Source: a bacterium | GTDB taxonomy: Bacteria > Patescibacteriota > Saccharimonadia > CAILAD01 > GCA-016700035 | Direction: 5' to 3' | DNA length: 64,000 bases | Assembly: GCA_020854115.1 (NCBI GenBank) | Contig: JADZGC010000004.1 | Span: 65,665 to 129,664 of the forward strand | In this document: one piece after another, positions 52,750 to 64,000 of the stretch | How the letters are laid out: each line of letters starts with the position of its first letter | How positions within the stretch are numbered: the stretch's first letter is position 1 | Position numbers and translations under genes: made by a program | The notes under the pieces: model-generated | Told to the model about the DNA's origin: nothing | The model's database searches: none | The model's input: only the letters and a program-made list of their open reading frames with translations

Positions 52750-53190
52750 ATGGACTTAACACAGCGACTTGAAGCGGATCTCACAGAAGCTACCAAAGCT
52801 CGTGATGAGATCACGTTGCAGGTATTGCGTTTGTTGAAGGCCGCTCTCAAGAATCATTCGATTGAGCTGCGCCAGGACTTATCCCCTCAGGAGGCTTTGC
52901 AGATACTCCAAAAAGAAGCTAAGAAGCGTCAAGAGGCAATTCAGCAATATTCAGACGCCAATCGACAAGATCTGGTACAGAAAGAATCTGCCGAGCTACA
53001 GATTCTTGAGCGCTATCTTCCAGAGCAGCCTAGTGAAGCTGAAGTGCGTGCTGCTGCGCAGGATATCATCCGGGAGCAAAAGCTTTCAGGTCAGTCCGCT
53101 ATGGGGCAGCTTATCTCAGGGTTAAAAGATCATTTTGACGGACTAGATGGGTCTTTGGCTGCAAAGGTAGCTCGCGAGGAGTTGCTTTAA
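52750..53190 (+). CDS. yqeY: GatB/YqeY domain protein
   Basis: L.EATKARD...KEAKKRQEA...E..EL.IL..YLP...MG...DG. Follows rpsU. Confidence 0.9.
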   Translation: MDLTQRLEADLTEATKARDEITLQVLRLLKAALKNHSIELRQDLSPQEALQILQKEAKKRQEAIQQYSDANRQDLVQKESAELQILERYLPEQPSEAEVRAAAQDIIREQKLSGQSAMGQLISGLKDHFDGLDGSLAAKVAREELL

Positions 53191-53193
53191 ATC

Positions 53194-53676
53194 TTGTCAG
53201 CCGTGCATGGATTGCGCTTTACTCTCGTCGATGCGCCGAAGCAAGTCATTCAATCTCAATGGGAGGAGTTGTTTTATGCTTGGGTCAAGCAGGAAAAACC
53301 CTCTCTTCGTGGCGAGGTGGTAGTGAGCTTTGTGATTCCAGCGGAAATGAAGGAGCTCTATTATCATAGTTTTGGTGAGCATACAGCTACTGATGTATTG
53401 TCTTTTCGATATCAAGCCCAGGACATCTCGCCAGACTCAGAAATAGAGAGCTCAGCTGGTGAGATCATAATTTGCACAGATGTGGCACGAAAGAATGCAA
53501 AGAAGCTGCATGTATCGCCAGGCAATGAACTCATGACGCTTTTTGTGCATGGCCTTTTGCATTTACTTGATTATGATCACGCAACCAATGCTGAGAGAGC
53601 TGCATTTAAAGCCAAAACCCATGCTATTATGAGGGTAGTTAATCAGGAGCCTGCGCCATTGTGGTTACTTTCGTAA
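53194..53676 (+). CDS. ybeY: rRNA maturation endoribonuclease YbeY
   Basis: TDVLSF, GEIIIC, HGLLHLLDYDH. Confidence 0.92.
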   Translation: MSAVHGLRFTLVDAPKQVIQSQWEELFYAWVKQEKPSLRGEVVVSFVIPAEMKELYYHSFGEHTATDVLSFRYQAQDISPDSEIESSAGEIIICTDVARKNAKKLHVSPGNELMTLFVHGLLHLLDYDHATNAERAAFKAKTHAIMRVVNQEPAPLWLLS

Positions 53677-54017
53677 GTTTTCGAAATGCCTGGAAGGGAT
53701 TGCGCGTCGTTGTTAGTCGTGAGCGAAATGCACGCTTTCATATTCTTATAGGAGCACTTACCTTAGGGGTTAGTCTGACACTCAGAATTAGTCTCCCAGA
53801 AATGGCTCTGGTGCTGGCTATGATTACACTCGTATTCTTCGCTGAAGTCGTGAATACGGCGGTTGAACGTACGTTAGACCTGATTGTCACCGAGAATAAC
53901 CAGGTTGTGAAGCTGGTGAAGGACATGATGGCAGGAGCGGTACTTGTGACTGCTGTTGGAGCAGTGCTAGTTGGGCTATGTGTATTTGGTCCCGTAATTG
54001 CTAGTTTGGTTACCTAA
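53661..54017 (+). CDS. dgkA: Undecaprenol/diacylglycerol kinase family protein
   Basis: SFRNAWKG...ERNARFH...AEVVNTAVE...KD..AGAVL. Confidence 0.9.
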   Translation: MVTFVSFRNAWKGLRVVVSRERNARFHILIGALTLGVSLTLRISLPEMALVLAMITLVFFAEVVNTAVERTLDLIVTENNQVVKLVKDMMAGAVLVTAVGAVLVGLCVFGPVIASLVT

Positions 54018-54571
54018 TGATGATCATTGTTATTGCGGGCCCTCCAGGCGGCGGGAAAGATACACAGGCAGCTCGAATGGCGGAACGACTTCAAGCATAT
54101 ATTATTAGCCCGGGTGCGTTATTGCGTGCTGAGGCTACAGTGGATCAGGATTTGGCAGCGCAGCTTAAACGAGGCGATCTCGCCGACGATGATCACGTCA
54201 ATGAGCTTGTGGGTGAGGCGATGTTGGCGCATCGAGATCAGACGCTGATACTTGATGGCACACCACGACATGTACCGCAGGTAGCCTGGCTGAGGGATTT
54301 TCTAGAGAAGCACTTTAAGGGGATACAAACGGTCTTGGTGGAGCTCAGAGTTTCAGATCAGGAACTGCGGATTCGTGCTACTAAGCGTGGGCGGGCAGAT
54401 GACAGCCCAGCAAGCTTTGAGCACCGTCTTGACATCTATCATCAGGAGATTGTGCCGGCAATTCACGAATTGGCGCGATACATGCCGCATATAGTCGTGA
54501 ATGGGGAGCAATCGATTGATACGATTGCACAAGAGATTGCTGAAGCAATGAAAGAACGAGGATATTTATGA
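54017..54571 (+). CDS. adk: Adenylate kinase-like nucleoside monophosphate kinase (short LID)
   Basis: GPPGGGKDTQ, LDGTPR, RGRADD. Precedes map. Confidence 0.85.
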   Translation: MMIIVIAGPPGGGKDTQAARMAERLQAYIISPGALLRAEATVDQDLAAQLKRGDLADDDHVNELVGEAMLAHRDQTLILDGTPRHVPQVAWLRDFLEKHFKGIQTVLVELRVSDQELRIRATKRGRADDSPASFEHRLDIYHQEIVPAIHELARYMPHIVVNGEQSIDTIAQEIAEAMKERGYL

Positions 54572-55317
54572 GGACTCAAATCAAGACTCAAGATGAGATA
54601 GCGGCGATGCGTACTTCGGGTAAGATACTAGCTGAAATCTTGCAGCTGTTGAAGCAAGCCACACGGGTGGGTATGGCGACACAAGAGCTTGATCATATGG
54701 CTCGCGAGGAGCTCAAGAAGCGAGGAGCGAAGGCGGCTTTTTTAGGATACCAAGACTTTCCAGCAGCACTTTGTATTTCGATCAATGATGAGATTGCTCA
54801 TGGTATACCGGGTGATTACGTTTTGCAGGATGGAGATCTGGTTCATTTAGACCTAGGTGTGTCATATGAGGGGATGATCACTGATGCCGGTATAGGATAC
54901 GTGCTTGGTGAAGCAACTGATGATCAGCAGCGGCTGCTGATCGGTACTGAGAAGGCGCTTATGGCTGGCATAGTCATGGTCAAGGAAGGTGCTCGCACAG
55001 GAGATATCGGTGCTGCAATCGAGAAAACACTAGACAAGTATCGCCTCGATGTCGTGTATGAATTGGGTGGACACGGGGTTGGGCATACGGTGCATGAAGA
55101 TCCATTTGTCGGCAATTATGGTACGCCTGGCACCGGAGAATCGTTACGGGCGGGTATGACAATCGCTATAGAGCCGAATGTTAGCTTGGCTGGGCATGAG
55201 ATGTATTTGAAGAATAACGGCTGGACATGGTGCACAAAAACAGGTGCTTTAGCAGTACAATTTGAGCATACTGTTCTGGTAACAGAAGACGGTTACGAAA
55301 TTCTAACTCAAGTTTGA
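54568..55317 (+). CDS. map: Methionine aminopeptidase type I
   Basis: CISINDEIAHGIP, DLG...D, GHGVG..VHEDP, AIEP, QFEHTV. Confidence 0.97.
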   Translation: MRTQIKTQDEIAAMRTSGKILAEILQLLKQATRVGMATQELDHMAREELKKRGAKAAFLGYQDFPAALCISINDEIAHGIPGDYVLQDGDLVHLDLGVSYEGMITDAGIGYVLGEATDDQQRLLIGTEKALMAGIVMVKEGARTGDIGAAIEKTLDKYRLDVVYELGGHGVGHTVHEDPFVGNYGTPGTGESLRAGMTIAIEPNVSLAGHEMYLKNNGWTWCTKTGALAVQFEHTVLVTEDGYEILTQV

Positions 55318-55419
55318 ACAAATATAATACTCATAAAAAGTAGTGCACAAAATATTTGCACTATTGGTTTGGGCGGTATACAATTTTTATATCCAATTGA
55401 CGAAGGGGTGAGATCACAT

Positions 55420-56658
55420 ATGGCTTCAAACAAAGGGGAAATCACAGCAGTCGGACTCGATATCGGTACTAGCCGGGTCGTGTGCTTGGTTGGTGTTGCT
55501 CAGCCTGACAGCCCTAGTGTATCTGTTGTGGGGATCGGTATTGCTTCTACTGCCGGCCTGCGGCGTGGAGTGGTCGTAGATATTGAAGAAACAGTTACGG
55601 CTATTACTTCTGCTCTCGAAGAAGCCGAGCGAATGAGTGGCGTTGTGATTGAAAGAGCAACAGTGTCTGTGGATGGTAGTCACATACAGAGCCTGAATTC
55701 GCGTGGTGTGATAGCCGTGAGTCGCGCAGATAAGCAGATTAGTCAGGAAGACATGTCTCGGGCGGCGGAAGCTGCGGCTGCACTTTCGCTTGAGACGAAT
55801 CGAGAAATATTACGTGTAATACCCCGCCACTACATAGTTGACGGTCAGAGCAATATTCAGGATCCATTCGGTATGAGTGGTGTGCGACTGGAGATAGATA
55901 CGCATGTTTTAACAGCATCCATACCTGCCATGAAGAATCTTGATGATGCCATCCATCGGGCTGGTATTACGGTCAATGGCCATATGATCGTCCCGCTCGC
56001 CGCAGCTCGAGCCTGTCTCACCAAGCGCCAGAAAGAGCTTGGTGTGGCGGTTGTCAATATCGGAGCTGAGACTACCGGTATTGCGATTTTTGAGGAGGGG
56101 CGAGTTGCATTCTCGAGCATTTTACCTGTAGGATCCAATCACATTACGAAGGATATTGTGTATGGTCTGCGGACTACAATCGACATTGCCGAGAAGATGA
56201 AGCTCACCTTTGCCACAGCTCGAAAGCCAAAGATTAAGGATACTACGAAGCTAGAGCTGAGCAAGATCGGTGCGAAAGGTGTGCTGCTGCAGAGAGAGTT
56301 AGATATGATCGTTTCATCGCGACTGGATGAAATGTGTGATCTTGTAAAAACTGAGATTACCCGCTCGGGCAAAGAGCACCTATTGTCAAATGGCATTGTC
56401 TTAACTGGCGGCGGCGCAAAGCTTGAAGGGTTACCTGAATATATTGAGGCTGCGGTTGGTATTCCTGCAGCGCTCGGAGAACCACAGGGGATCACGGGCA
56501 TCGTTGATAAGGTGAGGGGCGCATCGTTTGCAGTGCCTGTTGGGTTGATGCTCGAGGACCTGGATCGTCCGCAGGCCGGCAAGAGCATCAACGACCGCAT
56601 TGGGCAATTGTTTGGTCGAGCACAGAGTTTATTTCAGGGATTTCTCAATCGTGGGTAA
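55420..56658 (+). CDS. ftsA: Cell division protein FtsA
   Basis: GLDIGTS, GLRRGVVVD, P.GMSGVRLE, NIGAETT, VLTGGG. Confidence 0.96.
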   Translation: MASNKGEITAVGLDIGTSRVVCLVGVAQPDSPSVSVVGIGIASTAGLRRGVVVDIEETVTAITSALEEAERMSGVVIERATVSVDGSHIQSLNSRGVIAVSRADKQISQEDMSRAAEAAAALSLETNREILRVIPRHYIVDGQSNIQDPFGMSGVRLEIDTHVLTASIPAMKNLDDAIHRAGITVNGHMIVPLAAARACLTKRQKELGVAVVNIGAETTGIAIFEEGRVAFSSILPVGSNHITKDIVYGLRTTIDIAEKMKLTFATARKPKIKDTTKLELSKIGAKGVLLQRELDMIVSSRLDEMCDLVKTEITRSGKEHLLSNGIVLTGGGAKLEGLPEYIEAAVGIPAALGEPQGITGIVDKVRGASFAVPVGLMLEDLDRPQAGKSINDRIGQLFGRAQSLFQGFLNRG

Positions 56659-56734
56659 AATGCATACAACAACTACTCATCCGGTGTACAAAAAAAATGC
56701 TCTAAATATTCGAGGTTTTATAATGAACCACTAT

Positions 56735-56764
56735 TTGACTCGAGCGTTGAGTAATGGGTATACT
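56735..56764 (+). promoter_or_regulatory. Internal ftsZ promoter
   Basis: TTGACT-18-TATACT in the ftsA-ftsZ spacer. Confidence 0.55.
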
Positions 56765-56883
56765 GCAAATAGTTTGGGCAATATATGTGTGAAGCACATG
56801 CCGGTGCCGTCACGAGTGTGGGCTCGTGGCGATTTCTTGTTTGCTAACTATAGTCAAGCGTTAACTTGGGGGAGAGGGTAGTC

Positions 56884-58401
56884 ATGGCTGAAATTTTACC
56901 TGATATTGAAGCGTTTGCGCGTATTCGTGTGGTCGGCGTCGGTGGCGGGGGCGGTAACTCGTTAAACCGTATGGTCCAGTCGAAGATGCGCGGCATTGAG
57001 TTTATTGCTATCAATACAGATGCGCAGGCCCTGCATTACAGTCAGGCACACCGAAAGATTCATATCGGTAAGGAAACTACGCGCGGGCTCGGAGCTGGTG
57101 CTAATCCAGAGATTGGTAAGCAGGCTGCGGAAGAGAGTGAACAAGAGATATACGCTGCCCTTAAGAATAGCGAAATGGTATTTATTACTACAGGAGAGGG
57201 TGGGGGTACTGGTACGGGAGCTGCGCCGGTCATCGCCCAGATTGCGAAAGATTGTGGCGCGCTTACTGTAGGGATTGTGACAAAGCCGTTTAAGTTTGAA
57301 GGTGATCGACGTCGCAAGATGGCCGAAGAGGGAATCGCAGCGCTCAAAGATAAAGTCGATACGCTCATTATTATCCCTAACGATCGAATTCTACAGATTA
57401 TTGATCGCAAGACCTCGCTTCTCGATGCCTTCGCGACGGTCGATGATATTCTGCGACAGGGGGTACAGGGTATATCGGATTTGATTACGGTTAATGGCTT
57501 GGTTAACCTTGACTTCGCGGATGTCGAATCGATCATGCGTGATGCTGGGACGGCCCTCATGGGTATCGGACTTGGCAGTGGTGATAATCGTGCCGTAGAA
57601 GCTGTGAAGCAGGCAATTGATAGCCCACTTCTCGAGGTATCAATCCAGGGCGCTAAGGGCGTTTTGATTAACTTCACCGGTGGTCGTGATATGGGCATGC
57701 ATGAAATCGAGGAGGCAGCTAAGCTGGTTCACGATTCGGTTGATCCGGAAGCAAATATCATTTGGGGTATGGTAATGGATGAGAACTCCAATAACGAGAT
57801 AAAGGTAACACTCGTCGCGACCGGCTTTGATGTTGCTCGTGGGATGGCGGCTCAGGCTCACTTTGCTGGCCAGAGCCAGCTTTTTAATCGCACTGTTGGA
57901 GAACTGGAAGATAGTCATTGGGTAAATCAGTCTACAAGAGTGACTCAGACTACTATTGCGCAAAGTTCTGACCAGGAGCCACTCCGCCCGTCAGAAGAGA
58001 TGGGTGTGCCAGCATATGAATTCCGCGGAATTCGTGAAGAAGACCCTGAGCCGGCAGTCGAACCTAGTATTAAGGAAGAAGATGACCTGCTAGCAACTGG
58101 TCCTCGTGTGCGCGAGGATGCCTTACAAAATGTGAAGCCACTAATCACGCCTGATTCAGATCTAGACCCAGTTAGTTTCACAGATGAGGAGCCGGTGCGC
58201 GAACCAACATCTCACGGTATTGTTGCCGATGACAAACCCGAACCTGAGCCGGTGAGAGTTCAGGATAAGCCAATCGTCGAGACACTGTCGTCACACTTCG
58301 AGCGCGACGAAGAGGATGATTTAGATAAGCCAGCCTTCTTGCGGCAGGGGCGAAGTGTGGAGCGCTCTATTGTCGAGGATGATGATAATTCTAAAGAATA
58401 G
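56884..58401 (+). CDS. ftsZ: Cell division protein FtsZ with long acidic C-terminal linker
   Basis: [23 protein letters not shown] tubulin signature, NLDFADV, C-terminal peptide LDKPAFLRQ. Confidence 0.98.
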   Translation: MAEILPDIEAFARIRVVGVGGGGGNSLNRMVQSKMRGIEFIAINTDAQALHYSQAHRKIHIGKETTRGLGAGANPEIGKQAAEESEQEIYAALKNSEMVFITTGEGGGTGTGAAPVIAQIAKDCGALTVGIVTKPFKFEGDRRRKMAEEGIAALKDKVDTLIIIPNDRILQIIDRKTSLLDAFATVDDILRQGVQGISDLITVNGLVNLDFADVESIMRDAGTALMGIGLGSGDNRAVEAVKQAIDSPLLEVSIQGAKGVLINFTGGRDMGMHEIEEAAKLVHDSVDPEANIIWGMVMDENSNNEIKVTLVATGFDVARGMAAQAHFAGQSQLFNRTVGELEDSHWVNQSTRVTQTTIAQSSDQEPLRPSEEMGVPAYEFRGIREEDPEPAVEPSIKEEDDLLATGPRVREDALQNVKPLITPDSDLDPVSFTDEEPVREPTSHGIVADDKPEPEPVRVQDKPIVETLSSHFERDEEDDLDKPAFLRQGRSVERSIVEDDDNSKE

Positions 58402-58410
58402 GCCCCGTTA

Positions 58411-58881
58411 ATGCGCTGTACGCAATGTCAGCAGCCAGATACGCGTGTACTTGAGTCTCGTGAGGTCGATGATGGTCGTGCAATTCGTCGTCGTCGGCTC
58501 TGCAATCATTGTGGCGCGCGCTTTACGTCTTATGAACGTGTCGAGCTGCCGCGCTTGCTGGTGGTCAAAAAGTCTGGGGAGCGTGAGCAGTATGATCGCG
58601 AAAAGTTGGCTCGAGGTATCTATCGGGCAGCCGAAAAGAGGCCCATTTCGGCTGAACAGATTGAAGACCTTGTAAGCAATATCGAGCGTGATGTGTATGC
58701 TCGAGGCGAATCGGAGTTATCTACACAGTCGATAGGTGAGATGGTGATGGAGGCGTTAGCGAGCCTTGATGAGGTGGCATATGTGAGGTTTGCAAGCGTC
58801 TATCGCAGTTTTACGAGCGCAGAAAGCTTTCGGGATCATATTGCGCAACTCAAGCGATCTACTCGCCGCAAAAGCACATAG
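58411..58881 (+). CDS. nrdR: Transcriptional repressor NrdR
   Basis: MRCTQC...IRRRRLC..CG.RFTSYE, ATP-cone, VAYVRFASVY. Confidence 0.97.
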   Translation: MRCTQCQQPDTRVLESREVDDGRAIRRRRLCNHCGARFTSYERVELPRLLVVKKSGEREQYDREKLARGIYRAAEKRPISAEQIEDLVSNIERDVYARGESELSTQSIGEMVMEALASLDEVAYVRFASVYRSFTSAESFRDHIAQLKRSTRRKST

Positions 58882-58920
58882 GGCAGCGACATTTCTCCCA
58901 TCGACGACTATAATAGAACT

Positions 58921-59181
58921 ATGAAAATCCTTTTGCTTGGGAAGGCGCATACCCATGCGCAGTCAAGGGAATACGATCATTTGACGCAGCAAATTATTGC
59001 CGAAATAGGCCCAGTACGGTCAGTAAGTGCAAATTCTCGGGATGGGATCGCGCTCATGCAGCTGTATGACGTTGTGCAAACTCCTGCCTATGTAGTGACG
59101 CGCGATGATGGCACGCTGGTAGCCGTTTGGCAACATCGCAAGCCTACATTAGACGAAGTGAGTGCTGCCGTGCGCTCATAA
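58921..59181 (+). CDS. Small thioredoxin-fold-like hypothetical protein (no CxxC)
   Basis: DG..L..LYDVVQTPA.VVT.DDG....W...P. TATAAT lies 6 nt before the ATG. Confidence 0.7.
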   Translation: MKILLLGKAHTHAQSREYDHLTQQIIAEIGPVRSVSANSRDGIALMQLYDVVQTPAYVVTRDDGTLVAVWQHRKPTLDEVSAAVRS

Positions 59182-59222
59182 GTGCCTGGTTTTATCCGTA
59201 AATAAACCGTATAATATACACC

Positions 59223-62093
59223 ATGACTAAGAGAGAAATAAGTGCCGTAGCGCAAGCCGAGGAAGCACAACTCAAGCGCTGGGCGCAAGACAAGGTTTTT
59301 GAGCGATCAGTCGAACAGCGAGCTGGCCAGCCTACCTATGTTTTTTATGATGGCCCGCCGTTTGCTAATGGTCTACCGCATCTTGGACACATGATGACTT
59401 CGACTCTTAAGGATGCCATAATGCGCTATCAAACAATGCGCGGTAAGTATGCGCCGCGTCGATTTGGCTGGGACTGTCATGGGTTGCCACCGGAACTACT
59501 GGCCGAAAAAGAGCTTGGCATATCGGGTAAGATTGCAATTCAAGAATATGGTATCGAAAAGTTTGTGCAGTATTGCGCTGACTCCGTATTGCGGTTTACG
59601 GGGGAGTGGCATGAATACGTCGTAAGAGTTGGTCGATGGGTCGACTTCAAGCACGACTACCGAACCATGGATACAGACTACATGGAGTCTGTCATTTGGG
59701 CGTTTAAGCAGCTCCATGAAAAAGGCTTGGTGTATGAGGGGGAGCGCGTGGTGCCATATAGCTATGGCGCACAGACTGCCCTGAGTAATTCTGAGACTCG
59801 ACTTGATGATAGTATGCGCGATCGAGAAGACCTCACTGCAACCGTGAAGTTTCGACTGCATGATGGTCGCTATCTCCTCGGCTGGACAACGACCCCCTGG
59901 ACACTACCGGCAAATCTATTGCTCGCCGTAAACGAAAAAATGGATTACGTCGAGTATAAGCTAGGCGATGAAGTGCTCATCATCGGTCTTGAAGCGCTTG
60001 ATCGATATGCCGAGCAGCTATCGGGTGCTAGCGAACAAAAGCGCTTTAGGGGCACGGAGCTGGTTGGCCTGTCGTATGAGCCGTTGTTTACCTATTTTGT
60101 TGGTTCTGAGAATAGCTTCCAGGTGGTTGCAGGGGAGTTTGTAACGGAGGGCGAAGGTACGGGTGTGGTACATATTGCGCCAGGACATGGTGAAGATGAC
60201 TACTGGCTTGGTAAGCGGATCGGTACGCCGATTGTGAGCCCAGTCGATGATGATGGTCGATTTACGGCAGACGTCAAAGATTATGTAGGACGACTGGTGT
60301 TTGATGCGAATGGCGAGATAATAGCTGACCTTGAGAGGCAGCATAAATTATTTGTGAGTCAGACTATATTGCACAAATACCCCCATTGTTGGCGCACTGA
60401 CGTGCCAATCATCTACCGAGCATTGAGCGCATGGTTTGTGGATGTTCCTAAGATCAAGGATCAGTTACTGGAAGCTAATCGGCAAATCAACTGGTACCCA
60501 GCTCACGTTAAAGATGGTGCATTCGGCAAATGGCTTGAGAATGCTCGCGAATGGAATGTGAGTCGGAAGCGATTCTGGGGGGCTCCGATTCCTGTCTGGA
60601 AAACCGAAGACGGGGAAGTCTTGATTGTGGGAAGTCTCCAAGAAATCAAGGATCGCGCTGTCGACCCGGCGAAAGTGGTTGATTTGCACCGTCCCCATAT
60701 TGATCAAGTTGAATTGAAGACAGACTCAGGTAAAATAGCTCGTCGGGTTGAAGATGTGTTTGACTGCTGGTTTGAATCGGGTAGCATGCCATTTGCGCAG
60801 ATGCATTATCCCTTTGAAAACAAAGAACAATTTGAATCGGGGCATCCCAGCGACTTCATTACTGAATACATTGGTCAGACCCGTGGTTGGTTTTATACGC
60901 TGCATGTCATGAGCGTGGCGCTTTTTGGTAAGCCAGCCTTTAAGAATGCAATTGCTCATGGAATTCTGCTCGGTAGTGATGGCCGTAAGCTCAGTAAGCG
61001 TCTTGGGAATTATCCTGACAACAACGAGGTTTTCGACACGGCAGGTGCCGATGCTGTGCGCTATTATTTACTTGGTAGCGCTCTCGGTATTGGTGAGACA
61101 GCAATCTATGACCCCGCGGCACTCGTAGAGATTCAGCGTAATGTGATTGCACGGCTGAAAAACGTATTGGGCTTTTATACGATGTATGCTTCGGTTGATT
61201 CATTCGTGCCGAAAGCATATGCAGCTATCCCAAGCTCCGACCACGTACTTGATCGCTGGGTTCTGAGTCGCTTAAGCGAAACGGTAAACTTAGTTGCCGA
61301 ATCGGTTGATGGTTTTGATACACCTCGGGCGATGCGCGAGATAACAAACTTCCTAGATGACTTATCGAATTGGTATGTGCGACGCAGTCGTCGTCGTTTT
61401 TGGAAGTCTGGAGATGACAGCGATAAGCTAGCGGCATACGAGACACTGCATTTTGTGTTGGCTACCACTGCACAAGTCATTGCGCCATGGGCTCCGTTTG
61501 TAGCTGATGAAGTTTGGCAGGGCATTATGAGCGGTGTATCTGATGTCCCAGAATCAGTACATCTGAGTGACTGGCCAACTCTACCGGCGCCGCAAGAATC
61601 TTTGCTGAAATCTATGCAGCAACTTCGCGAGGTTGTCACAGAAGGTTTATCACAGCGCGCGCAGGCCGGCATCAAGGTTCGTCAACCGTTAGCAAAAGTT
61701 GAGATTACGGGAATGACATTAGGTGCTGATATGCGGGCGATTGTTTCCGAAGAGTTGAACGTGAAGAAAGTGGAGTGTCATAAAGGAGCATCGCTGAGCG
61801 TCGCTTTAGATCTCACCTTGACAGAAGAACTCAAGCAAGAAGGGCTCGTGCGAGACGTCATTCGTCAGATCCAAGAAGCGCGTAAGCAAGCTCAGCTCGC
61901 GGTAGATAATCGTATTCATTTGTCACTGCAGTCAGAGGATGCTCAAATGCGGGCTGCAATAAAGGCTTACAAAAAAGACATCCAAGCCGAAACGCTTGCT
62001 ACAAAGATTGATGATAGTAGCCGTTATGATTTTGTAACGAGCACAAAGCTGAATGGAGTCGAGCTGACTATTACATTGAAGCTAATGGATTAG
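59223..62093 (+). CDS. ileS: Isoleucyl-tRNA synthetase, type 2
   Basis: DGPPFANGLPHLGH, GWDCHGLP, WTTTPWT, YPHCWR, WFESGSMP, KLSKRLGNYP. No C-terminal Zn finger. Confidence 0.96.
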   Translation: MTKREISAVAQAEEAQLKRWAQDKVFERSVEQRAGQPTYVFYDGPPFANGLPHLGHMMTSTLKDAIMRYQTMRGKYAPRRFGWDCHGLPPELLAEKELGISGKIAIQEYGIEKFVQYCADSVLRFTGEWHEYVVRVGRWVDFKHDYRTMDTDYMESVIWAFKQLHEKGLVYEGERVVPYSYGAQTALSNSETRLDDSMRDREDLTATVKFRLHDGRYLLGWTTTPWTLPANLLLAVNEKMDYVEYKLGDEVLIIGLEALDRYAEQLSGASEQKRFRGTELVGLSYEPLFTYFVGSENSFQVVAGEFVTEGEGTGVVHIAPGHGEDDYWLGKRIGTPIVSPVDDDGRFTADVKDYVGRLVFDANGEIIADLERQHKLFVSQTILHKYPHCWRTDVPIIYRALSAWFVDVPKIKDQLLEANRQINWYPAHVKDGAFGKWLENAREWNVSRKRFWGAPIPVWKTEDGEVLIVGSLQEIKDRAVDPAKVVDLHRPHIDQVELKTDSGKIARRVEDVFDCWFESGSMPFAQMHYPFENKEQFESGHPSDFITEYIGQTRGWFYTLHVMSVALFGKPAFKNAIAHGILLGSDGRKLSKRLGNYPDNNEVFDTAGADAVRYYLLGSALGIGETAIYDPAALVEIQRNVIARLKNVLGFYTMYASVDSFVPKAYAAIPSSDHVLDRWVLSRLSETVNLVAESVDGFDTPRAMREITNFLDDLSNWYVRRSRRRFWKSGDDSDKLAAYETLHFVLATTAQVIAPWAPFVADEVWQGIMSGVSDVPESVHLSDWPTLPAPQESLLKSMQQLREVVTEGLSQRAQAGIKVRQPLAKVEITGMTLGADMRAIVSEELNVKKVECHKGASLSVALDLTLTEELKQEGLVRDVIRQIQEARKQAQLAVDNRIHLSLQSEDAQMRAAIKAYKKDIQAETLATKIDDSSRYDFVTSTKLNGVELTITLKLMD

Positions 62094-62100
62094 TTCTGAT

Positions 62101-63215
62101 ATGAAGAGGGAGGGGCTCAAGCGCATTGACTGGGTAATTGTCGCCACGAGCGTGCTCTTGGTGATTATTGGTTTATTGGTGCTATTCTCTTCTGGTATTA
62201 AGCCTGCAGAAACCACCGCCGAGATAGATACGACACGACAAATATTATATGCAGCCGTAGGTGTTGCTGTGGCTTTGATGCTCTTGCGGCTCGATTATCG
62301 TAGCTTGCGCAGCTACGTAGTGCCGATGTATATAGTTACGTTGATAGCTCTTGTTGCGGTTGAGTTTGTGGGTAAGTCGGCGCTAGGAGCTCAGCGTTGG
62401 ATCAATTTAGGATTTTTTCAGTTTCAGCCATCTGAGTTTTCTAAGTTAGCCTTCATAGTCGTTCTCGCAACATATTACAGTCGCGTGTATGGCGCGACGA
62501 AACAATTGCGTTATACGCTTACTTCATTATTTCTGCTCATTCCGCTTCTTATTCTAGTGATTGGGCAGCCTGACTTGGGAACTGGACTTGTGTTTTCGGT
62601 TATTTGGATTGCTATGACCATAGGCACGTTATTGCCTAAGCGGTATCTCGTGTTCGCCGGAAGTATAGGTGTTTTAGCATTGCCGATTATTTATCAGTTT
62701 CTTGCACCCTATCAAAAGAGTCGCTTGCAGGTTTTGCTTAACCCCCAGGCTGATCGCCTTGGTATTGGCTACAATGTCGTGCAGTCAGTTATAGCAGTAG
62801 GTAGTGGTGGTTGGTTTGGGCGTGGGTTGACGGCAGGGAGCCAGAGTCAGTTAAACTTTTTGCCGTCACAGCACACTGATTTTATCTTCGCGGTACTTGC
62901 AGAAAAGCTCGGCTTTGTTGGCGCTGCGCTAACGATAATCCTATTCTGTATATTGATAACACGCATTTTTCTGGTCGGGCTACAAAGCAATGATCGGCTT
63001 GGTTCGTTCTTGTGTATCGGGATCGGCGGTATGCTACTGTTTCACGTTCTCATTAATATTGGTATGAATATGGGAATTATGCCTGTCACGGGCATACCTC
63101 TGCCATTCATCTCGGCGGGGGGAACGAGCATGCTCATTAATTGTGCGGCGATTGGAGTTGTTTTGAGCGTGTCCTCTCGTCGTACGGGGGTGCGCCACAT
63201 CAAGGATGCGGAATC

Positions 63216-63219
<4 letters not shown>
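62101..63219 (+). CDS. rodA: SEDS peptidoglycan glycosyltransferase RodA
   Basis: GAQRW, FQPSEFSK, QPDLGT, GYNVVQS.IAVGSGG, FLPSQHTDFIF, PVTGIPLPFIS.GG. Confidence 0.93.

Positions 63220-64000
<781 letters not shown>

Noticed and set aside
55341-55363. Palindrome tagtgca-N9-tgcacta upstream of ftsA
   Set aside because: A single occurrence; an operator cannot be told from a weak terminator or chance.
56600-56881. 93-aa ORF between ftsA and ftsZ
   Set aside because: It overlaps the ftsA end and the ftsZ promoter and leader, and has no protein-like features.

Overview
Core-genome window of a Patescibacteria/CPR bacterium. The 16S signature segments and gene content resemble Saccharimonadia; this is recognition from memory, not a database search. 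Housekeeping genes: trpS, pheST, gyrBA, uppS, rpsA-ylxR-infB-rbfA, fmt-def-priA, secDF, recJ-rel, rpsU-yqeY-ybeY-dgkA-adk-map, ftsAZ, nrdR, ileS, rodA, trxB. The rRNA operon is split: 16S and 23S-5S lie about 8 kb apart, each with its own promoter and terminator, and tRNA-Ala/tRNA-Ile sit inverted between them. Three insertion sequences (IS3, IS481, IS1595 families) all look damaged. A cell-surface cluster encodes an L,D-transpeptidase, a VirD4-like ATPase and an LPXTG/PKD protein. Most notable: (1) a complete NlpC/P60 cysteine peptidase domain with an intact Cys-His-His triad inserted in-frame into the B5 domain of PheT, directly upstream of the L,D-transpeptidase; (2) an orphan, highly structured ~490-nt non-coding transcription unit with a near-consensus promoter and terminator; (3) a type III hammerhead ribozyme downstream of a GC-rich phage-like gene in a small tRNA-linked island; (4) a recurrent AAGCATAAC motif just downstream of -10 boxes, plus widespread leaderless promoter architecture.
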